This document shows positions 25,115 to 39,355 of a stretch of 64,000 bases of DNA, in pieces (position 1 is the stretch's first letter; each line of letters opens with the position of its first letter). Position numbers and translations under genes: made by a program. Source of the DNA: Eledone cirrhosa (Eukaryota); contig OZ024743.1 of NCBI GenBank assembly GCA_964016885.1, positions 373,674,001 to 373,738,000 of the forward strand, read 5' to 3'. The notes beneath the pieces were generated by a model. It was given only the letters and a program-made list of their open reading frames with translations, made no database searches and was not told where the DNA came from.

Positions 25115-27326
25115 TTAAAACTGGCCAGCTATAGAACAATAGAGTTAACCCTATTGTACTGAACCAGCAGAACTGCCACTGGTTCTACAATACAGAACTG
25201 TTTGTTTTAAAATGTTTATCATCGTTTAACAACTATTTTCCATGCTAGTATGGGTAGGACATGCTATCCTGTTGTGAGAGATCTAGGTTCGAGGACTGAT
25301 TTTGGATTTGTTTCTACAGTTGGATGCCCTTCCTAGTGCCAACCACATTTACAGTGTGTACTGGCTTTTTGTAGTGACACCTACACGACCACTTTACAGT
25401 GTGGGTCGGGTGCTTTTTGTCGTGACTCTTAGATGAATCTTTACAGTGTGGACCGGGCACATTTATCTAAAATCCTTCCGTCATAAATTTATGTAAGAAT
25501 CTTTGTGTGCCAAACACCAGCTTCATAATGAGAAAGTTAGTTATATTACTAAATTCCACCAAGTTCTTCATTATTTAAAAAAATGATTTGAAAATCACAC
25601 GCAGTGTCTTTCATTAGAAATATGGTAACAAAAGAGTTGTTTCTTCTCCAATTATTCTACAGCACATATGAAACACCAGCACCACCCAACAAAATAACAC
25701 AACTTACCTTACACATATTCTATACAACAGAAAGGAATGATCAACTTTCGTGAAATCGAACCGAGGAAACAATGTTTCTATTGGTCTTTACAATTGCTAA
25801 TACTATCTATCGGTCGCAACTCCAAGTAGAAGGAGCAGCAACATGAAATAAAGTGTCTTGCTCAAGGACATAACGCATCACCCGGTCCGGGAATTGAACT
25901 CACAACCTCACAATTGCGAATCCAATTCTCTAACCACTCACCCACACAACAGATGGAACCCTAAAATACCAGAAACAACAAACCATGATTCCAGATCTCA
26001 TGAAACCAAGCCACACAATTCTAAACTCCATCCCATTCCCCACTAATGCTGCACCCATCTCAAGAACACCAAGATGCACCTAAAATGGTGCAGTAGAAAA
26101 TCATAAGTAACATTTTTTGAAAATATAAACTATTAATATTTAATACCATTGTGTTTTTGTCCGTCATAAGAGATGACTAATGAAGGAAGGGATGATAACA
26201 TCGGCTGAGAAAGGAAGGGGTGATAACGTCGACTTAGGAAGAAAGGTGTGATAACGTCGACTGAGAAAGGTTTGTATCACTTATGTGTGAGAACGTGAAG
26301 GAACCAACCGACAAACAAACAGACATTTTTTTTTTATATCATGTATACATATTACAATTAGCTGTCACTTTTGATGGCACGAGGCCAGCTAGTCTATATA
26401 ATAATAATTGTTTGTCTGTCACACAAGCTGTTATAAACGGTCTAAAATGTATTAAGACCAAAAAGGGTGTGTTGAACAATGTTCTGTCAAAATTGTTGCT
26501 TAGCTGTCTCTTTACCTGTCTCTGTCATCATCATCACTGTTTAAAATCCTTTTTTTGTTCTTGCATAAGTTGTGTGTATATCTAAAGTCTGTCTCAAGCC
26601 TGGAGCCTCATCAGGCCCATGCTTATCCTACTTTCTATGGTGTTAAGTGACTGAGGGTACAAACATCCCCTGGACAAGATGAGCAAAATTTATTTATCTG
26701 ACCTGTCTAGTCTCATAATGTGACAAGTCTAACCCATTCAACCATGGGAAATAGATGTTAAACAGTGATGATGATGATATATACATGTGGAGTTTATAAG
26801 TGTAGTTTTGTTGAATTCTGATGGAGAATCTTATTCTATCCATACAACAATGTGATTATGTACCAGTAACAATAATAGTAGTAATTTCTTTGAGATTGAT
26901 TTGAGACTTTGTTTTGAAACTAAAGCAATTTCATCATGGAAGAATCATCTTAGCCACAGTTGCACTTGTCTGGCAAGTGACTTGATCTGAGACTGTGTTG
27001 AAACTAAAACACATTGTAGAAGAGTCATTTTACCTATTAATCTCTCTCTCTCTCTCTCACTCTCTCTCTCTCTCTCTCTCGCTGCTGTGGAATAGTGTCT
27101 GTGAGCATTTTGATATCATGTAATCAATGATAAATGTAAAGTGAGTTTAATTTTTTTTTTTTTTTTTTTACTTGGCATATTGGTAGGATTTTTAGGGCGT
27201 CAAATTAGATATCTTGATATTTGTTCAGGCTCTCTATGCACCCAAATACATCTGAAACCTACTTTGATTTTCTTCCTTTTAAAGTCAATAAATAAAGAAT
27301 CAGTCAGAGATTGGTAGATTGGTTAA

Positions 27327-27539
27327 CACTTTAGCATGCAAACTGGCTGTATCTGGCCAGAATTCTTTCATTTTTTTCTGTTCAAACTGGCTGTAACTGG
27401 CTGCTCATACTTATGTTAAGGTATTGTTCGCAGAATAAATAATATCAAAATCTCATAGATTCGATATTATGAGAGATAATTATGAGATAAAGCTTTTAGC
27501 ATGAAAATAAAATAGTATATATAGAGAAATGCTAAAGGA
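27327..27539 (+). mobile_element. TTAA-flanked piggyBac-like MITE (copy 3)
   Basis: TTAA at 27323-26 and 27540-43; colinear with 6129-6321 + 7459-7488. Confidence 0.78.
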
Positions 27540-27544
27540 TTAAA

Positions 27545-27980
27545 GGGGTTATCTCTCGGAGTGAAGGGCAGATTATATGATGCCTGTGTGAGACGTGAAA
27601 TATTTAGTGATAGTGGGGCACGGGCAGTAAATATGGAAAATGATATGTCAAAGTTGGAGAGAAAAGAATTGAGCATGTTGATGTGGATGTGTATGAAGGA
27701 AAAATGAAGCAGAGATGAGCCCCAAAAGAAACAAAATAGACATAAGAGGAGTGAGATGCTCCATGGAGAAGAGATTATCCTGGTACAGATATGTGATGTG
27801 TATTGGATGTTGATTGTTTGGTGAATAAGTGTCAGGAGTTCCAAGTGGAAGGAAGCTGTGAAAGAGGAAGACCAAGAAAGATGTGGTTAGAGGTGGTGAA
27901 GATTAACATAAGAAACTACACCTCACAAAAGAGATGGCGAGGTGCTGTACTGGAGAGGACTTGTCTAACCCATGATAGCC
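27545..27980 (+). pseudogene. Old RTE LINE 3' fragment
   Basis: Decayed KGRLYDACV..., VNKCQEFQVEGSCERGRPRKMWLEVV, homologous to 30950-31390. Confidence 0.75.
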
Positions 27981-28409
27981 ATGACTTGCAACTATTGCTG
28001 TATTTATCACTTCGCTAACTACCACAACACATTTATTCTGTTACCCTCATTTCTCTACCATGCTGCCTCTCTATCTGTCTATTTTTCCATCAAAGGCTAC
28101 AGGCCATGACTGGCTATTATTATTATTGTAGCTGACTTTGCCTTTCATCCTTACGGGGTTGATAAAATAAAGTACCAGTAATGCACTGGGTTATTGCTGG
28201 CCTTGTGCCTAAAGTAGAAACAATTATTATTGTAGCTGTATTCATTTCTATCGGTTATTTTGATAGCCATGACTGGCTGCCTACCTCACAATTTCCCTCC
28301 CACCACCCACCCCCTCACACCACCATAGCCTATTCGACCAATCAAACCTCAGCATGCCATTTCTTCTATTACTACTACTACTTAACTCTCTCCTCCCCCG
28401 TCCCAGCCC

Positions 28410-31400
28410 AATCGTAGAAATGCTAGAGCGAAAGGAAATTGATGTATGCTGTGTGCAAGAGACTAGATGGAGAGGAGAGTCTGCTAGAGTCCTTGTAGGA
28501 AAAAGTCAGTGCTACAAATTTTTCTGGGTGGGAAATGAGGTTGGGATGGGTGGTGTAGGTATACTACTAGCTGACAAATGGGTAGATAAAGTAATCTTAG
28601 TATACAGGGTAAATGCAAGAATCATTAAACTCAGACTAGTCCTGAATAAAACAATTACCACAATAATATCAGCTTACGCACCCCAATCGGGGTTGCCAGA
28701 CTAACTTAAGGATAGATTTTACGAGTCCCTAATGCATACTACTGCTCTAACAAACGAAAATGACTTCCTAATCATCGCAGGAGATTTTAATGGACACGTA
28801 GGTAAACACTGTGACGGCTTCAATAAAGTCCATGGAGGCCACGAGGTTGGCACAAGAAATGAAGAAGGATTCAGACTTCTAGAATTCTGCGATGCCAATG
28901 ACATGTCGATATGTAAAACAAACTTCAAAAAACCCGACAACCACCTGATCACCTATAGATCAGGGGAGCACTCTAGTCAGATAGATTTTATCCTCATCAG
29001 AGGACGTGACAGATGGACGGTCGTAAACACAAAAGCCTACCCTAGTGAGGAATGTACCTCCCAACATAGCTTAGTTGTCAGCGACCTCACGGTCAGAACT
29101 AGATGAACCTGGAAACAGAGGCCAACCTGGAGAAGAAAGATCTGGAAGCTGAAAGACCCCTCAGCCAGTAACAGATTTAAAGATATTTTACTCAACGCCT
29201 ACGACAGTAAAGAAGAACAGATAGAGACATTCAATGTAGAAGAGCACTGGGAGTTCCTAAAAAATAACTTACTAGAGGCGACGGATGAGGTCTGTGACTG
29301 GAGTAAGACCACAAGCAGGAGGAGAGTGACTTGGTGGTGGAACAATAAGGTAGATGAGGCAGTTAAGGCCAAGAGACAGGCATGGAAAGAATGGAAGAAC
29401 GGGGGGAGCAGGGTACATTACATAGAGACCAAGAGGGAAGCTAGGCGACAAGTATACTTAGCTAGGAGGGAAGCAGAGGATAGAAAATTCAAGCATGTTT
29501 TGCAACGTGAGGACCAGAAACAGGAGGTGTTCAAGATTGCGAGGCAGTGTGTCAGAGAATTATGATGTCATTGGAGAGAAGTGTATCCGGAATGATAAAG
29601 GTGAGCTTGCCCTCACAAGTGCTGAGAAGAAAGATGCATGGAAGAGCCATTATGATAGATTACTAAATGAGGAGAATGCTTGGTAAGAAGAGACCCTGCC
29701 CCAAGTAGACCCTATAGAGGGGCCAGCAGTACAAGTCAGCAGCAGCGTAGTAAGTAAGGCAATCAAAGATATGAAGATGGGGAAGGCAACCGGTCCATCG
29801 GGTATAGCTGCCGAGATGCTGAAGGCATCTGGGTCTGTAGGTCACACTATAACCACACGTATTGTTAACCAGGTAATACTAGAAGGTGTCATACCAAAAG
29901 ATTGGTGCAGTAGCATCATTGACAAATGCTACAAAGGTAAAGGTGATGCACTAGATAGAGGAAAATATAGAGGTATAAAGGTGATGGACCAGGTCATGAA
30001 AGTAACAGAAAGAGTTATAGCACAGTTGATTAGGGACCGGGTGAAAATAGATGAGATGCAATTTGGGTTTGTACCAGGAAGAGGCACCACTGATGCCCCC
30101 TTCCTTGTGAGGCAGTTACAGGAAAAGTACCTAGCTAAAAGTAAGCCACTCTACCTGGCATTCGTCGATCTCAAGAAAGCCTTTGACAGAGTTCCACGTG
30201 CTGTAATCTGGTGGGCTCTTAGAAAACTAGGAGTAGATGAATGGCTTGTGAAAGCTGTACAAGCCATGTATAGGGGAGCAGTCAGAAAAGTTAGGATTAG
30301 CAATGAGTATAGCGAGGAATTTAGCGTACAGGTTGGTGTCCACCAGGGCTCTGTTCTTAGCCCTCTCCTGTTCATCATAGTCCTGCAGGCAATAACAGAG
30401 GAGTTTAAGACCGGATGCCCATGGGAACTCCTGTATGCTGATGACCTCGCAGTTATAGCTGAATCTATGGTAGAACTAGAGAAGAAATTCCAAACTTGGA
30501 AGCAGGGACGAGAAAGAAAGGGTCTCAAAGTCAACATGACAAAGACTAAGGTCCTTGTAAGTAGACGAGAAAACAGAACCCAGATCCCCTCAGGGAAATG
30601 GCCTTGCTCAGTATGTAGGAAAGGTGTAGGTAGGAACTCCATTCTCTGCTCCAAATGCAAACAATGGGTACACAAGAGATGTAGCAGGATCTCAGGAAGC
30701 TTAATTAAGAATGTAGGCTTCACATGCAGCAGCTGGGCTGGGACAGCAAGCAGCAAACAGCCACAGGAAACAAGTACCACCAATCTCTGGGAGGGCTCTG
30801 TAGAAACAGTAGACAGCTTCTGCTACCTAGGTGACCGAATTAGCAGCGGAGGTGGGTGTTCAGAAAGTACAATAACTAGGGTAAGAACGGGATGGAAGAA
30901 GTTCAGGGAACTACTGCCACTGCTAGCTGCAAAAGGCTTCTCCCTCAAAATGAAAGGCAGACTGTATGATGCGTGTATCCGAACAGCAATGTTACATGGT
31001 AGTGAGACCTGGGTGCTGAAGATGGAAGACTTACGTAGATTAGAAAGAAACGAAGCCTGCATGCTCCGATGGATGTGTAATAGTAATATACGTGAACGAC
31101 AAAGCATAAATGAATTGAGAGAGAGACTGAGCATAAGAGGAATCAAATGCTGTGTGCAGGAGAGGCGGTTACGCTGGTATGGACATGTGATGCGTATGAA
31201 GGATGACAGCTGCATAAAAAGGTGTAGAGCACTAGAAGTCAATGGAGACCGTGGAGTGGGGAGACCCAAGCTGACCTGGGATGAGGTGATAAAAGCCGAC
31301 CTTACCCAATTACACCTCTCAAAGGCGATGACACACGACCGTGACCTCTGGCATCACGCAGTAGTACAGAGTACCCGACCTCCCATGGGTACAAGCTGAA

Positions 31401-31692
31401 GCATATAGACAATATGCCCCCACATCCTCCCACCGCAAGGTGGTCGTGGAGGTGCCACGGCAAAAAAGCACCCAGCCCACACTGTAAAGTGGACGTGTAG
31501 GCGCCACGGAAAAAGCACCCAGCACTCACTGTAAATGAGGTAGGTGTTAGGAAGGGCATCCAGCTGTAGAAATCAAGCCAGATCAGTTCCTGTATGAGCA
31601 AGGCATGGTCAGCCGACCAGACACTGCCCACAACAGGACAACCCGTCTAACCCATGCTAGCATGGAAGAACGGACGTAAAACGATGATGATG
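28410..31692 (+). mobile_element. Near full-length RTE-clade LINE, inactivated (APE endonuclease + RT + PHD-like Zn finger), (GAT)n tail
   Basis: EN: IDVCCVQETRW, SAYAPQ, GDFNGHVG, QIDF; RT: FVDLKKAFDRV, HQGSVLSP, YADD; CSVC..CSKCKQWVHKRC; stops at ~28702, ~29104, ~29684 and a frameshift at ~29560; 3' end CCCATGCTAGCATGGAAGAACGGACGTAAAACGATGATGAT. Confidence 0.93.
29771..31399 (+). pseudogene. Remaining open RT/zinc-finger/C-terminal part of the RTE ORF
   Basis: 542-aa ORF with RT motifs; the upstream part is broken by stops and a frameshift. Confidence 0.85.
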
Positions 31693-33074
31693 CAAATGTG
31701 GCAAAACAGACATAAAAACTATGATGATGATGATGATAAAGAATATGAGAGGAAGCTATGTGATATTTGATTGGGTTCTGTGTGATCTGAGTTCAAATCC
31801 TACTTCCTCCCTCCTGACTGGAGCTGTAACTACTGGATAGCATCAGTAATGGTAAGATCAATGGAAATGTCTTTTCCATTCGTCTAATTTCACAGTTCCT
31901 TACATTTGTTGTTAAAAATAACCCTTTCACAATGTAATTAATTGCTACATAAGTGCAACAACAACAAACACAAAATAATTAATTTCTTCTCTCTCTTTCT
32001 CTCTTTGTTTCCCCTCTCATTGTTTTTCTCCTTTTCTTATCTCACCGGCTCTCTCCTTGTCTCACTCTCTCTTTCACTGTCTCTCTATCTCTCTCTCTCA
32101 CATTGTTATCTATTGTCTTTCAATCATTCTCACTTTTTCTGTCAGCTATTCTCTCTCTCTCTCCACTCTCTCCCCATGCCCCCTATCTCTCACTCTCTCT
32201 CCCTGTCCCCCCTCTCTCTCCACTCTCTCTCCCTGTTCCCCCTATTTCCCTGTCCCTCATCTCTCTCCACTCTCTCTCCCTGTCCCCCCTATCTCTTTAC
32301 TCTCTCTCCGTGTCTCCCCTCTCTTCACTCTCTCTCCCTGTCCCCCCTCTCTCTCCATCATTCTCCTTGTCCCCCCTCTCTCTCCGTCACTGTCTCTCCC
32401 CGCATCTTCTCTCTCCATCACTCTCTCACCCTGTCCTCCTCCCTCTCCACCCCCCTCTCTCTCATGTTTTCTTTTCACTCCTCTATATCAGATATTATTT
32501 TCTGTATTGTACAGAAAATAATTAATGTGTTTATCTGTTGTTGTTGTAATGTGGTTGTTGTTGACTTTCTGTCTTTACCGTTGTTGTTGTTGCTGCCGTT
32601 GTTATTGCTGTTGTTGTGGCTGCTACAGTTGTTATTACTGTTGTTGTTGTTGCTTCTTTTACTGTTACCGTTGTTGTTGTTGCTGGTACAGCTGTTGTTA
32701 TTGCTGTTGTTGCTGTTGTTGCTGTTGTTATTGCTATTGTTGCTGTTGTTGGTGTTGTTGTTGTAATCCCACTTGTAACCTAAATGACATACTGTTTTGT
32801 TGTCTTTGGACTTCAACTTTCTAATGTCAGAATAATTGTTTCATGTAGCCTCTGGCAAATATCTTTCTTAATGAATTTACATCACAGACGTATGCACACA
32901 TACATACATACTTACATACACACATACACACACACACACACACACATACATACATAGACATACATACAGACATATATACATAGACATACATACATTCATA
33001 GACATACATAGACATACATAGACACACACACACATACATAGACATACATACATATATACATACATACATACATA

Positions 33075-33226
33075 CATGGTGGCTGCCAACTCGTTTTCGA
33101 GTACGGCCACTACTTTATATCCATGTAGCAGAACCCCTACCGATTCGCTGAACGAGTGTGACTTTTCAGTCCGGCCAGCGATTTGAAAACTTTGGTACAA
33201 ACACTACACTTGTGACAATTATTGAC
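33075..33226 (-). mobile_element. 3' end of the (ATGT)n-tailed C2H2 LINE family, embedded in (ACAT)n
   Basis: Minus-strand [28 protein letters not shown] plus the same 3'UTR as 17165-17316. Confidence 0.75.
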
Positions 33227-33504
33227 ATACATACATACATACATACATACATACATACATACATACATACATACATACATACATACATACATACATACAT
33301 ACATACATACATACATACATACATACATACATACATACACACCTACGTCGGCACACACACACCTACATAGAAGAACACAGTTTTGTAGACACACACACAT
33401 ACATAGACACACACACAAAGATACACACAGTTACATATCTATGTAGAAACATACAATTACACAGCCTATAAAGGCACACAGTACACACATATAGAGGCAT
33501 CTAG

Positions 33505-33538
<34 letters not shown>

Positions 33539-33883
33539 GGACACATGCAGCTACATATACATACACATTTACCTATATCGACACACATACACGCACACGC
33601 ACACGCACACGCACACGCACACGCACACACTCCTACATATATACTCATAAATACACACACACAGCTATATTGATACCCCCACCGACACCTATGTAAACAC
33701 ACACACACACACACATACACACACCACACACACACTCACACAGACACACACATATGCATACACACACACAGAGCTATATCGATACCCCCACCGACACCTA
33801 TGTAAACACACACCACACACACACTCACACACACACACAGCTATATTGATACCCCCACCGACACCTATGTAAACACAGACACA

Positions 33884-33919
<36 letters not shown>

Positions 33920-34384
33920 CTAATGGATCTCCGTCAGTTTCAACGGTAAGGGTTCCAGTTCCCCAATGGAACAGCAGACGTGTCAACTCTCCCCGTCCGA
34001 CGGGGACATCTCCCACCCACTTACTTGGGGATGGGAAAGAGATGTCTTCTCTAGTGAAAATGGATATAGCTTTCATTTTGTAAAATCTCCCCATTTTTCC
34101 CCCATTTCTCCCCGTTTTGGGGCACCTTTTTTTCATAGTACTCCCCATTTGGGCTTTTAGAGTTGGCAGGTTTGGAACAACCTAGTGACACAGTGTGTGA
34201 CATGAATGGCTCTTTGAATAATCAGAGGTAGAGTCTATCAAACAGGCTTCCACATAGTTTCTATCTACCCAATTTCACTTACAATGTTTGGGTTTCTCTG
34301 AGGTTAAATGACATGTATTGGGGTCGAACCCGGGACCTTAAAGCTGCCAAACAAACTTCTTGACCATTCAGCTCTGTGTCTGTG

Positions 34385-34975
34385 TCCACACGCAGACACA
34401 GAGCTGTGTGACACACCTAGTAAAACACACCTACAGAGACACTACACACCATACACAGACACAGAACTGTGTGACACACCTAGTAAAACACACCTACAGA
34501 GATACTACACACCATACACAGACACAGAGCTGTGTGACACACCTAGTAAAACACACCTACAGAGACACTACACACCATACACAGACACAGAACTGTGTGA
34601 CACACCTAGTAAAACACACCTACAGAGACACTACACACCATACACAGACACAGAGCTGTGTGACACACCTAGTAAAACACACCTACAGAGACACTACACA
34701 CCATACACAGACACAGAGCTGTGTGACACACCTAGTAAAACACACCTACAGAGACACTACACATATCACACGCAGACACAGAGCTGTGTGACACACCTAG
34801 TAAAACACACCTACAGAGATACTACACACCATACACAGACACAGAGCTGTGTGACACACCTAGTAAAACACACCTACAGAGACACTACACACCATACACA
34901 GACACAGAGCTGTGTGACACACCTAGTAAAACACACCTACAGAGACACTACACACCTACAGAGACACTACACACC
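34385..34975. repeat. 63-bp CA-rich minisatellite, ~9 copies
   Basis: Unit CACAGACACAGAGCTGTGTGACACACCTAGTAAAACACACCTACAGAGACACTACACACCATA; gives the 21-aa repeat in ORF 34308..35525. Confidence 0.92.
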
Positions 34976-35589
34976 ACACGCACATATCCACACAGCTACA
35001 CGTGTATCACACCCCTTTGTAGATATAGACACTAAACACAATCACATTCATTCACATTACACACAACTGCACACACATATACCACACACTATACGCACAT
35101 ATCACACCTCCACACACACAACCATACATACACATACACTACACATGCATCCACACACACACACACACACATTACACATGCATATATCCACCCACCCACA
35201 CACACACTACACATACATATATCCACCCAGACACGCACTACACATACATATATCCACACACACACATACACACACACTACACCTACATATATCCACACGT
35301 ACTACACACTACACATACATATACCATACTACACACTACACATACACTACATATACATATATCCACACACACACATTACACACTACACATAGATATATCC
35401 ACACACACACTTCACATACATATATCCACACACACACATTACACACTACACATACATATATCCACACACTACACACACACACACACTACACACACATATA
35501 TCCACACATACATCCACAGCAATAGTTGCCAACAACAATGTCTGTACTTGGAAAGTGATCAACAATGTCAGAATCAGATCTAACCAAGA

Positions 35590-36510
35590 GTCTCGAAATC
35601 AATTTTACTTTTCATCCGTCGATAAACGAAATTACTAATCAAGAACTCGATCGATTTAATCAACTTAACCCTTCTTTCACAAATTGCTGGCCTTGTGCCA
35701 AAAGTAGAAACAATTATTAATTATGGATTGGCTGTATCAGTAGAGCGTCTGACATTATGCTTCGCGGCATAGAGTTACGGTCCTTTGCGTTCTGAGTTCA
35801 AATCCCGCCGAGGTCAGCTTTGCCTTTTATCCTTACGGGGTTGATAAAATAAAACACCAGTAATGCACTGGGGTCGAGTTAATCGACTTTCCCTTCATTC
35901 AAATTACACATTAAGCAGTGGGTTCACAGAATCGTTAGAGCATCGGATAAAATGCTTTGTGGTACTTATTCCGGTTCTCTACGCTCCGAGTTCAATTCCT
36001 CCCAGGTTAACTTTATCTTTCATTCATTTTGATAAAATGAAGTATCAGTCATATACTGGGTCGATTTAATCGACCTCCCGTCTCCACCACATTGCTGCCC
36101 TTGTGTCTAAATTAGAAACCATTATTAAAGGGCGGTGGATTGGCAGTATCGGTAGAGGGTCGGACGCCATGCTTCGACGCATAGAGTTACGGCCCTTGCC
36201 ATTCTGAGTTCAAATCCCGCCGAGGTTAACTTTGCCTTTCATCCTTACGGGAGTCGATAAAATAAAGTACCAGTAATGCACTGGGTAATTGCTGGCCTTG
36301 TGCCAAAAGTAGAAACAGTTATTAGAGGGCAGTGGATTGGCAGAATCATTAGAGCGTTGAACAAAATGCTTTTGCTATGTTCTGATTCTTTTGGTTTCGA
36401 ATGCTGCCAAGGCCAACTTTACCTTTCATTTTTCCGGGATCGATAAAAGAAAGTACCAGACAGAAACTGAGGTCAATTTAACCGACATTTCCCTTCGTCG
36501 AAATCGTTGG
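35590..36510 (+). mobile_element. Head-to-tail cluster of ~5 tRNA-derived SINEs (central domain resembling Meta/MESC type)
   Basis: Repeated A-box TGGCAG(T/A)ATCG, B-box GAGTTC(A/G)AATCC, core GCCTTTCATCCTTACGGG..CGATAAAATAAAGTACCAG, tail TGCTGGCCTTGTGCCAAAAGTAGAAAC. Confidence 0.85.
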
Positions 36511-37279
36511 ACTCGTGTCGTGTCTTATCAGAAACTACGAGAACAGTAACTCCATATAAAAACTACATATTGTAGACGTGGGCTCCGTAAGTCGTGATTA
36601 CAGCAACACGCTTCCATTCTTTTTGAACACACTCGTTCCTTCCTATTTACACATATATACGTTTACTGTTCTTTCTCTTCACACACATTTTCTCTCCTTT
36701 CTGCAACACCCTCGTTCTACCCTTTTACAAACACTATCTTTTCTCTTTTTTACACACATTCGTTCCCAAATAGCTCGTTTTAAGATTTCTATCAGATGAA
36801 ATGTGGAATGAGATCGTTTCTATTGAAAAGATGCATTAAGATAACATGGACAGATTAACGTTTCATTCTTCAAGATAGCAATCATCTGAGGATAATGAAT
36901 GAGAAGGAAATCTTTAAAAGAAATTTAAACCATAAAAAAATACTTTCAGACTTTGATTAATGATTATTTGGAAAGACAACACTAGCACGTCCACACATTA
37001 CTGTTAATCCAGTGTTTGAGATTCTTCTTTACCAAATTCCTGTCTCCGCTTGGTAGGTGTCTTTTGTCGTTGAAAGTTACTGACAACTATCTTGTGATTT
37101 ATGAGAATGCATTTTCGTGTGGAAATCATGGTGATGAGGGCTCTTCCGTCAGTTTCGGCGATGAGCATTCAGATGTTTGATGAATTGAACGGCCGACTCG
37201 TGAATTAACTTCTAAGTAGTAGAATATTCCACACAGGTGTGTTCCCATAATAAAATTCTCAGGTAGAATCAGCATAATA

Positions 37280-37472
37280 TAATTGTTTCTACTTTAGGCA
37301 CAACGCCAGCAATTACCCAGTACATTACAGGTACTTTATTTTATCGACCCTGAAAGGATGAAAGGCAAAGTTAACCTCGGCGGGATTTGAACTCAGGATG
37401 GCAAGGGCCGTAACTCTATGCGTAAAAAAAAGTATGGTGTTCGACCCTTTACCGATACTGCCAATCCCACCC
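37280..37472 (-). mobile_element. tRNA-derived SINE, flanked by the direct repeat TAGAATCAGCATAATATAAT (TSD candidate)
   Basis: Reverse complement of the 36130-36320 SINE; TAGAATCAGCATAATATAAT occurs at ~37264 and ~37473. Confidence 0.85.
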
Positions 37473-38468
37473 TAGAATCAGCATAATATAATGTGTCAAG
37501 GCCAGACCCTTGAATTATAGGTAAAATCCACCTAACAGGTTTTCATATAGTTTCTGTTTGCCCACTTTCATTAACAAGGGTTTGTTATATGGCTTGGGTG
37601 CCCTTGGTCTCTTTCCCTATCCCACCAAGTAATGGGTTACAGCGTGTTTGTAAGCCAAATATTAAAATATAGTAGAATTAAAAGGTCTTTATGAAAAAAA
37701 TTGATGGATTGTTAGTACAAAAGGTTAGACAAGGTTATGATAAATAAGAAAGTATTAAGGAGCTTTTGTCGTAGTATTTGTGTAAAGAGAATGATTAAAA
37801 AAATAAACTTTTTCGGGCTTGCAGTTTAATAATTTTAATAATTGTTTCTACGTTAGGCACAAGGCCAGCAATTATCCAGTGCATTACTGGTACTTTATTT
37901 TATCGACCCCGTAAGGATGAAAGGCAAAGTCAACCTCGGCGTGGATGATGAAGTGGTGAAGTAAGGTTTCTAAAGATAAAAATGTTTTAAATCTATTTTC
38001 AAAGCGAATATACCAGAACGTTTTTTCTTTGATAGTTCCTTATACTCTGACAAAGGGAATTTTAAGTCCCGAAATATTAGGACGAAAGAAACAAAAAAAA
38101 ACCCCAAAAGATTACCAGATAACTAACGTTTCGTTGCCTTCATCTTACCGTCCATTTTGCATTGTTTAGCCTCCTTACATATATCACTTACCACATTAGA
38201 GGGTTAATACTGTTGATATTATCATATTGTATTATCAATGACTGGGTATTGTATTGTTTAAAGAAGATAACAACATTTTGGTCAAGATACTGTTTTGAAC
38301 TCGTATCGATGTACTTTGATTTCTCATTTGAATCTAATAATATATGATACGGAGATGTCATATCACCGGCAGTAGTGAACAGAGCAGACACACAGACAAA
38401 ACAATATATATATATATATTATTTATGAAATATCAGAAAACAAGACAAATACATTAAACACATACTCA

Positions 38469-38530
<62 letters not shown>

Positions 38531-38744
38531 TGAGTATGTGTTTGTCTTGTTTTCTGACATTTCATAAATAATATATTTTTGTGATGTAAGGACGGTATTG
38601 GAAAAATCATATATATGTATCTTTCTCTTCCCTCCACTCTCTCGCATATATATATATGTATCTTTATATGTATGTATGTCTATATATATACATACATATA
38701 AAAATACATACATATAAAGATACATATATATATACATATATATG

Positions 38745-38780
<36 letters not shown>

Positions 38781-39080
38781 AATTGAAACAAAATGAAAAC
38801 GAAATTTCATTTCTCACTCTTAGTATGGCACTTACTTAAATGTAAGTATGCATGTATACGTACATACATATATGTATACAGACGTACAGTAGCATGCACA
38901 TATATATATATATATACATATATACATACATATGCATACAGGTACACATACATATATGCACGTATCAGTTTAGCGGCGCTAACGTCGCTTTGTTCGTTTG
39001 TAAACAAACTGAACAGCCTGAATTTATGCCATACGGTGTTAAGGCAACCACGTCACCTTTTTGTTCAACACTGACACAGG

Positions 39081-39125
39081 AACGATGTACTAGTTTCAAG
39101 CTTGTTAGCTATCATCAGCACCGTT
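39081..39125 (-). ncRNA. Minimal type-I hammerhead ribozyme motif
   Basis: Minus strand AACGGTG-CTGATGA-T AGCT AACA AGCT T-GAAA-CTAG-TA-CATCGTT: 7-bp stem I, full core, palindromic stem III ACTAGT, GUA cleavage triplet. Confidence 0.75.
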
Positions 39126-39207
39126 TACCCATCTGCCAGATAGTTGAACGGTCGAAAGTATATACTTTCCTTATGAAAATTAACGGCTGAGCAGCCTAAT
39201 TTGCATG

Positions 39208-39272
<65 letters not shown>

Positions 39273-39285
39273 GTATCTTTATATG

Positions 39286-39354
<69 letters not shown>

Positions 39355-39355
39355 C

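Noticed and set aside
26170-26430. Helitron-like termini (..CAGCTAGT CTATATAATAAT..) and ~29-bp repeats
   Set aside because: No clear terminal hairpin or second copy in the window to define boundaries
31942-32824. Leu/Ser-rich, poly-Cys and poly-Asn ORFs
   Set aside because: (CT)n and (TTG)n simple repeats
35590-36510. tRNA genes
   Set aside because: A/B boxes are present but continue into SINE core and tail; no cloverleaf or acceptor stem
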